DNA from: Ginglymostoma cirratum
Taxonomy: Eukaryota
Length of the DNA stretch: 64,000 nucleotides
Direction of reading: 5' to 3'
NCBI GenBank assembly: GCA_024137785.1
Contig: JAHRHZ010000289.1
Location: 15,681,146-15,745,145 of the forward strand
In this document: positions 59,201-64,000 of the stretch, one piece after another
How the letters are laid out: the number at the start of each line of letters is the position of its first letter
Numbering within the stretch: the stretch's first letter is position 1
Position numbers and translations under genes: made by a program
Notes under the pieces: generated by a model
Told to the model about the DNA's origin: nothing
Database searches by the model: none
What the model saw: only the letters and a program-made list of their open reading frames with translations

Positions 59201-61640
59201 GCCTTAAAAATTAAGGGGAGAAAATTAGGGAAATAAAATGAAAAAAAAACTTCCGTGGTTTAAATGCTTCTCTTCCCCCTCCCCTTCTGTCTGCCTCTCC
59301 CCCCGCCAACAACTTCTCTCTCCCCTCCCTCCCCTTCTAATAAAACTCCAGGCACGTTGTTTCAGAAACATCTTTTCCTGCTGCAATTATTGCCCCAAGT
59401 TGCTGAAATCTTTGCCTTTAAGTGACTATTCTTGTCTGGAGTAAGGTGATGAGTACTGGCATGTTGTTTGATCACAGGTGGCGTCAACATTGAATCCACT
59501 GTTTAATAATGTGTATTTTACCACTAGATAACGATCAGAAATGGGAATGATGGAGAGTGGTTTTAGCTTTTTTTTTCTCAAGCTAGACTCTTTATTCTCT
59601 ACTCCTATTCCTCAATATGCTGGAGCATTGAGGTATAATTGTAGTGCTGCCAGGAAGTATCAACCTGAATTATGTAAAGTCTATAGTGAAAACCGATGCC
59701 ATTTTGGTCTTTACAGTCCACAAAATGGTACATCAGTCTACTGAATCATTGGGAGCCTTTGTTTTTAACTTGTAAATTACACAGCTCAATGGCGTTCAGT
59801 GTTTGTGGGAGATCTGTTTCTGTCACAAATAATGACTGAGTCATATTTGTTTTGCACTTAATCTTTGCATAGTTATAGAGATGGTTGTCAGAGTTTTGCA
59901 TTGGCTTACCACACGACCTTCAGGAATAATACAGGGCACCAGGATAGCAACTGGAAATGTCTGCAGTTGTTTCTCACCAGGTTACTACAGGCTACCTTCT
60001 TTAGTTGAACTATTTCCATGTCAGGTGGGGGAAATGAGAGAAACTATTTCATCCAAACCGTATTTCGTCTTTACATGGGGAGATTTTTGACTGCTGTGAT
60101 CATAAATGTAAATATATTGTTCCAAAATAGTGCGAAAAGGTTAAACAGGAAACCTATAATATGTAAAGCTCACCATCTCATAGATCATTCTCAATGAACA
60201 AAGTTTGATTAACAGGCCTAATTAAGCACAGTTTTGTTTTGATGTCATGAGCATATTTCTGTCCTTCCACCTATCCAGATTTGTGAACATATTTTTTCTA
60301 AGATCAAGTTTATTCAACCATGAAATGAAAGAGCCCTTTACTCTGACTGATGTCATCTGAGTTTGAAGCGCAAACTGAAGGAGAAATTACATAACAAACC
60401 TGGAACCTGTCTCAACCTTAAATATTGGACACGCTTACTTCATGAGGAATAGTGACACCCGTACTGTTAGATTTCATCTAGCTTCCGTCCTATTTCCTAC
60501 TCCAATATTTGGAGTTGGACACTAGTTGCTCTTACTTGGTCAAAAAGAAATTTAAGTTAATTTGGAGGAGAAAGGAGTTTCCAAATGGAATGGAACCAAT
60601 TGACTAAAATTTTCTGTAGGGTCTTGTTAAAACAATTATTAAGTAACAGTAACTAACAAAATACATATTGGCATTTGACAGGAGTAGATAATTAGATAAA
60701 TTGCCTAATATGGATTTGTTTGTGGTTTCTTCACATGAAATCACCAAGAATTACTTAAATTGCTTCCAGTACCTGATTAGAACATCTGTTTATAGGGCAG
60801 TGATTACTTCTAAGCTGTGGAAATGTTCAAGATCCTTCAGCCTTCCATTCTTTTGAAGTAGTCTGTCTTTTTTTTTGGTTTTAATTTGATGCTTGGTAAT
60901 CTAAATTAAGTGAAACCTCATTAAAGTAAAGAAGGAACCTCGAACTGAACGACTATCATACAACTTAAATCTTTAGTGGTCGAATATATTCTGTTTTGCA
61001 TGTTCTACTTATATGGTTAACATTTTTATTTTCATAATTTGAATCTTCAAGCAGTTTTTCATTTTATAAACTTGATGGGTTTTTTTGGAGGGCCAAGGCT
61101 AAAAGGATAGCATCTTTGAAGCTACTTGGACTGCAGTTCAAAATTATTAAACTACTTTAATGGAGATTCTTCAATTTGTCTTTGCCAAATATATTGCTCC
61201 CTTATTTTGGCATGTAATGTAATACTTCTGTAAAATATTAGCCTAATAATGGAACAGCTTTTGAGGCACTGGCGATGCTACGTTTGTCTCTAGTACATCT
61301 TAAACAGAATGACACTAGTTTTATTTAATTATTTTAATCTAGGTTACATTTTCAGAATGTTGAAAGTGGTACTGTATTATGTAATCTCCCTTGTTAAAAC
61401 GTGCTTGATCTGTATGGAGGCTTGTTCCATCTAACAAAACTCTGTAGTTCTTTCTCATTTTGAGGAAATGACAACTGATTTTGTTTTGCAGCAGTGAGTA
61501 GTAGAATGCCTTCTGGACCGAATTCTTCTTCCCACACTACAACACCCCCTACTCCTCAGCCTCGGACTCAAACTCCCAGTCCAGTTGTTTCTCCTTCATC
61601 AATGCTGCCTCTCTATCCTTCAGTTGAAATTGATGCACAG
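23089..61640 (+). CDS. ANKHD1: ANKHD1 (ankyrin repeat and KH domain-containing 1, MASK1), partial multi-exon CDS: join(23089-23245,26106-26253,29836-29983,30078-30311,33045-33139,33691-33928,34882-35073,36146-36255,36596-36683,40783-40910,41044-41187,45319-45421,52632-53372,61492-61640)
   Basis: All 14 exons have AG/GT boundaries and compatible phases, giving one open frame. Residues GHLCTVQ, NRATANNDHTVVS, HTNVVSYLLDY and GTSKQKSS match ANKHD1 rather than the paralog ANKRD17 (from recalled sequences). Confidence 0.93.
23930..24812 (+). mobile_element. CR1 LINE RT C-terminal half
   Basis: SSVPQELLLGPLLFTFYINNL, FADDTKIGGVVDSEE, LEYCIQFW, KLERAQK. Confidence 0.9.
24814..24907 (-). mobile_element. 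Penelope/MER6-like short element, same family as 16109 and 44926
   Basis: ataacaaggtgtggggctggatgaacacagcagg...gacgttttgggcctagccccttcatcag. Confidence 0.8.
26106..26253 (+). CDS. ANKHD1: ANKHD1 exon 4 equivalent (148 nt), start of ankyrin cluster
   Basis: poly-T tttag|C CGA; RSLAEACSDGDVNAVRKLLDEGRSVNEHTEEGESLLCLACSAGYYELAQ; CAA|gtaagc. Confidence 0.96.
27600..28545 (+). mobile_element. Degraded Gmr1-like Ty3/gypsy gag (SCAN-related capsid) relic
   Basis: Broken frames give FNLTKNLYLVSRF, PFEKLA, SEEQSTVYETVKK, ASELVFEAY, KFR, LAREKEVLLDQW. Possible LTR end ...CAACA at 27595 followed by TGG. Confidence 0.7.
28585..28946 (+). mobile_element. tRNA-derived SINE (short form of family A), older copy
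   Basis: gtagtggtaatgctgctggac head, aaatctgttgtctttgcctgatctggcc core, gacatccatgaacaat tail. Confidence 0.75.
29160..29720 (+). mobile_element. 3' end of family-A retroelement
   Basis: caacaacattcaagaagcttagcattatccaggcaaagcagccc (TTFKKLSIIQAK), catcctgacttggaaata, tail gctggcccagccagcaatgac...gaataaaaaa. Confidence 0.75.
29836..29983 (+). CDS. ANKHD1: ANKHD1 exon 5 equivalent (148 nt)
   Basis: tttag|GTT; VLLAVHANVEDRGIKGDITPLMAAASGGYVDIVKLLLAHDADVNAQSST; CAG|gtaagt. Confidence 0.96.
30078..30311 (+). CDS. ANKHD1: ANKHD1 exon 6 equivalent (234 nt)
   Basis: ttttag|GA AAT; GNTALTYACAGG...ESALTLACYK; AAG|gtatga; preceded by a 94-nt intron. Confidence 0.96.
30400..30815 (+). mobile_element. 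Degraded CR1 3' fragment
   Basis: aggccacaactgagtactg, ggaatgatgcttgctttggag, atgggaatctggaattcactg. Confidence 0.5.
30820..30900 (+). mobile_element. Possible Tigger/MER2-like DNA transposon end
   Basis: gtcattcttccatatccgtgagggttttgttcctgaacacccc resembles Tigger-type termini; the other end was not found. Confidence 0.35.
31879..32156 (+). mobile_element. HE1-like V-SINE, copy 1 (head partly deleted)
   Basis: V domain gtggagtttgcacattctccccgtgtctgc; CR1-like tail ggcctgtttccacactgtagggattct. Confidence 0.88.
32159..32505 (+). mobile_element. HE1-like V-SINE, copy 2 (full length)
   Basis: ggcagcacggtg...gctgcctcacagcgccagggacccgg head, V domain, (gattcta)n tail. Confidence 0.9.
33045..33139 (+). 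CDS. ANKHD1: ANKHD1 exon 7 equivalent (95 nt)
   Basis: tcag|GA CAT; GHLEMVRFLLEAGADQEHKTDEMHTALMEACM; ATG|gtaagc. Confidence 0.96.
33691..33928 (+). CDS. ANKHD1: ANKHD1 exon 8 equivalent (238 nt)
   Basis: aatag|GAT; DGHVEVARLLLDSGAQVNMPADSFESPLTLAACGG...VALLLAQ; AGG|gtatga. Confidence 0.96.
34882..35073 (+). CDS. ANKHD1: ANKHD1 exon 9 equivalent (192 nt)
   Basis: tttttag|GA GCC; GANINAQTEETQETALTLACCGG...VKYLLAA; CAG|gtgtgt. Confidence 0.95.
36146..36255 (+). CDS. ANKHD1: ANKHD1 exon 10 equivalent (110 nt)
   Basis: gttag|GA GCA; GANVHATTATGDTALTYACENGHTDVADVLLQAGADL; TTG|gtaaga. Confidence 0.96.
36596..36683 (+). CDS. ANKHD1: ANKHD1 exon 11 equivalent (88 nt)
   Basis: ttttag|GAA; EHESEGGRTPLMKAARAGHLCTVQFLISK; AAG|gtgagc. 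Confidence 0.96.
36880..37270 (-). mobile_element. Degraded CR1, left part (continues at about 40040-40500)
   Basis: gagacccctta, ttcctgccgaagtgg...ttccac; continuation gtatcctcctctcagtttgc...tcagcaaatttgg after 40040. Confidence 0.55.
37290..40020 (-). mobile_element. Longest family-A element: tRNA head, core, APE endonuclease, RT and 3' tail, all decayed
   Basis: Minus strand: A-box GTGGTGTGATGG, B-box-like GATTCAAATC, VLLSNSWKLVTKSGEL, IKKKLKTPNTAKAVSPD, AAFDTVWH, FYDD, PHKCQTITISNK. Confidence 0.8.
40783..40910 (+). CDS. ANKHD1: ANKHD1 exon 12 equivalent (128 nt)
   Basis: ttttcag|GA GCG; GANVNRATANNDHTVVSLACAGGHLAVVELLLAHGADPTHRLK; AAG|gtattg. Confidence 0.96.
41044..41187 (+). CDS. ANKHD1: ANKHD1 exon 13 equivalent (144 nt)
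   Basis: tcttag|GAT; DGSTMLIEAAKGGHTNVVSYLLDYPNNILPVPGPDVAQLTPPSHDQSQ; CAG|gtgagt. Confidence 0.96.
43250..44030 (+). mobile_element. Degraded CR1 C-terminal/3' fragment
   Basis: LEYRNKEILIQLYKTLVRADLELC and 3' tail similarity. Confidence 0.65.
44926..45056 (+). mobile_element. Penelope/MER6-like short element with minimal hammerhead-like core, inserted in old CR1 (about 44300-45180)
   Basis: CTGAAGA-aaggtccataccc-GAAACGTC; TCAATA duplicated at 44920-44925 and 45057-45062. Confidence 0.8.
45319..45421 (+). CDS. ANKHD1: ANKHD1 exon 14 equivalent (103 nt)
   Basis: tttcag|GTT; VPRVPVQALAMVVPPQEPDQSPANVGATLSVINK; AAG|gtgaga. Confidence 0.94.
51065..51420 (-). mobile_element. L2-type LINE 3' end
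   Basis: aacttgcattt...cccaaggtgcttcacagg is the reverse complement of the L2-type tail. Confidence 0.55.
52632..53372 (+). CDS. ANKHD1: ANKHD1 exon 15 equivalent (741 nt, symmetric phase 1; coiled-coil and Q-rich linker)
   Basis: cttag|GT ACA; GTSKQKSS...LECIVEETEGKL...KSREEQVQKKKKILKELQKVERELQLKTQQQ...GLMVATPAQTLTDTLDDIMA; CAG|gtgggt. Confidence 0.94.
57173..57257 (-). mobile_element. MER6/Penelope-like short insertion with about 14-bp TSD, inside an old Deu-type SINE remnant
   Basis: aaatgctggagatcactgcgggtcaggcagcatccatggaga; CTTGTGT(A/G)AATTGG at 57159-57172 and 57258-57271. Confidence 0.7.
59020..59170 (-). mobile_element. Old Deu-domain-like tRNA SINE fragment
   Basis: Reverse complement agctcagtt...gtcggaaatgcaaccttttaaatgagacgctaaac resembles the Deu box (GGTGCCGTCTTTCGGATGAGACG). 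Confidence 0.45.
61492..61640 (+). CDS. ANKHD1: ANKHD1 exon 16 equivalent (149 nt; NAGNAG acceptor)
   Basis: ttttgcag|CA GTG; AVSSRMPSGPNSSSHTTT...MLPLYPSVEIDAQ; CAG|gtaaat. Confidence 0.92.
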
Positions 61641-61849
61641 GTAAATATCCTAAAAGCATATACTAAAGCAGGAAATGGTTTGTAAAATTGAAAATTATAG
61701 CACATTTTTATGAATTATACAGTTCAAGGTAAACAGATGAAGCTTGTGATATGACAATTTAAATGGTTTGACTCTGTTTCGTGATTGTGGCTAATTACTC
61801 CGGTGGCACTGGGGAGAACATACTGTAGTCTGTTAGGGCCTTGATATCA

Positions 61850-62450
61850 AATACTTAAAATATAACAACATGAATGGGCAGAGTCAACGTGAATTTCTGG
61901 TAGAGAAATGTTTGACAAATCTGCTTTTTCCTGAAGTAACCAGTAGGGTGGGTAAGGAGAAGCAGTGCATATGGTGTATTTTGGTTTTCAATTCAGGAAG
62001 GTGCCATAGTAAAGTGTCTTGTGCACAGATAGAGCTTGAGCTATGATGTTAGAGTGAATAGTGGAATAATTAACCAACAAAACACAGGAGTAAATATCTT
62101 TTTTTTGGATTAGCAGGCAGTATCTTGGCAGTGGAGAGATCAGTGCTTGGTCTTAGCTGTTTAAAATCTCTTTAAGTGACTTAGATGAGTGGACTTGTGT
62201 GCAGTGATTAGTGCCCCTACTGTTGAGGGTTGGAGTCCTGTCTGCTGCAGAGGTGTGTCAAAACAGGTTGTATAAAAATATCCCAATGGGGGACTGAATG
62301 TAATATATCCAAGTTTACTGCTGATAGTATTACTAGAAAAGCAGATTTTTTTGAAATAATGAAACTTGATAATTAATCTTGGCTTTCAAAGGGATCTGGG
62401 TGTGAATCATAAAGTTAATGTGTATGTACACCAAACAAAAGAGAGGCATT
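61850..62450 (+). mobile_element. Heavily decayed CR1 RT fragments
   Basis: gagtcaacgtgaattt...aaatgtttgacaaatctgct, gatcagtgcttgg, caagtttactgctgata, agggatctgggtg. Confidence 0.5.
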
Positions 62451-62459
62451 TTGGACAAA

Positions 62460-63950
62460 TGAGCATACAAGCGAACAAGAGTTAGGCCACTTGGCCCTTC
62501 GAGCATGCTCCATTATTCAATGACATCTTGGCTGATCTGATTTTAACCTCTACTCTACATTCCTGCATATCTTTGATAATCTTTCATCCCCTTGATAATC
62601 AAGAATCTATTGGTCTCTGCCTTAAAATTGATTCTGCATTTGCTGCCTTTTGAGGAATGGAATTTCAAAGACTGAGATTTAAAAAAAAACCCTTCTTCTG
62701 ATTCTTTCATAAGAAACAACATCCATTTGATATCCACCCAGTCAAGCCCCATCGAGATCTTACATGTTTCAAATAACTCATTTCCAACTTTTATAAACTC
62801 CAGAAGGTACAGGCCAAGCCTTTTCTCATAAGGCAATTCACTCATTCTAGTTATTAATCTAGTAAACCTTCTCTGGGTGCTTTCAAGGCATTAAATCCTT
62901 CCCTAAGTAGAGTGACCAGTACTGTACATAGTACTGAAGATGCAATCTCACTAATATCTTGCATAATTAAACTATAACCCCCCTACTGTTGCATTCAATT
63001 CCCCTCTCAGTAAACCCCAACATTCTGTTAGCTTTCCTGATTACCTGCTGTGCTTGCATGCTAACGTTCTATGATTCCTGCACAAGGGCACCCAAATCTT
63101 TGCACCTGGAACTCTGCATCCTTTTACCAATTCGGTGATATGTTTTCATTTATTCTTCCTGACAAAATGGACAATCTCACATTTCCACATTGTATTCCAT
63201 TTGCCAGATGTTTGCCTACTCGCTTAACCTTGTGTGTCCCTTATTATAGGCATGTATGTCCTCCTCACAATTCACTTTTGTTTTAATCTATCTTTGTTTC
63301 ATTAGCATATCTAGCTACTGTACTTTTGGGTCCCTTCATCCAGGTTGTTTATATAATTTGTAAAGAATTGAGGCCCCAGCGCTGGTCATTGTGGCAAACC
63401 ACTTGAGACATTATTGCCAGCCTGAAAAAGACCCATTTATTCCTACTTTCTGCTTCCTGTTAGCCAGCCAATTTTCTTTCAATGCCAATATGCTGCTCCT
63501 TATGCCACGAGATTTTACTTTCCTGCAACAGCCACCTGATGTGGCACCTCATTAAATGCCTTCTGGAAATCAAAGTACCATACATGCACTGGTTCCTTGT
63601 TACCTATGCAAGTTACTTCTTCAAAGAACTCCATTAACTTAGCTAAATGATTTCCCTTTGACAAAACCATGTTGGCTGTGCCTGATTTCTTGAACTTCTC
63701 TAAGTGCTGTGTTATAATACCTCTTAATAGGAGCTTTTAACGTTTTCCCTCTGACAGATGTTAAACAAGCTGGCCTGTAGTTTCCTGTTTTCCGCCGCCT
63801 CTCTGTTTGAACACCAATCTAAAATTTTGGTAAATTTAAAACTAATGCATCAACTATTCCACTGGTGGCTACTTTTAAAACACTTGGGTGAAATCCATTA
63901 GGACCTGGGGATTTGTCAATTTATGGTTCCAGCAGAAACTGAAGACTTGG
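62460..63950 (-). mobile_element. CR1 LINE, 3' tail and RT domain
   Basis: ggccacttggcccttcgagcatgctcc tail; LPYEKRLGLYLLEF; gaggccccagc, gccttctggaaatc, aaaaccatgttggct (reverse of SQHGF). Confidence 0.85.
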
Positions 63951-64000
63951 AGACTGGACTGTAATAATGAACATATCTTGTACATCAATGCTGTAAGTTA

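Noticed and set aside
23089-61640. Gene could be the paralog ANKRD17
   Set aside because: Some residues are ANKRD17-like (DRGIKG, VPRVPVQAL) and probably ancestral. HLCTVQ, RATANNDHTVVS, HTNVVSY and the GTSKQKSS/YQPLECIVEETEGKL exon favour ANKHD1. Synteny would settle it.

Overview
Vertebrate nuclear DNA, AT-rich. The repeat content (CR1 LINEs, HE1-like V-SINEs, Penelope/MER6-like short elements) suggests a shark or other elasmobranch (inference). The whole window lies inside one + strand gene, ANKHD1 (MASK1). Fourteen coding exons, equivalent to human exons 3-16, lie between 23089 and 61640. All have GT-AG boundaries and splice into one open frame of 2675 nt (about 892 codons), covering the first ankyrin cluster and the coiled-coil/Q-rich linker. 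Exons 1-2 and the 3' half of the gene are outside the window, so 1-23088 is the tail of a very large intron. Main observations: (1) a well-formed, frame-preserving 24-nt candidate microexon (3944-3967) that would insert DSEWEEIY(G), an overlapping LIR-like and Src-substrate-like motif, among other candidate cassette/poison exons and RBFOX motifs; (2) an atypical exon-3 acceptor with a perfect TACTAAC branch point and a purine-rich tract; (3) a retroelement family whose tRNA-type SINE head is joined directly to APE-endonuclease/RT sequence with no room for an ORF1; (4) Penelope-type short elements carrying minimal hammerhead cores. Repeat boundaries are approximate and were judged by eye. Exon numbers follow human ANKHD1 from memory.
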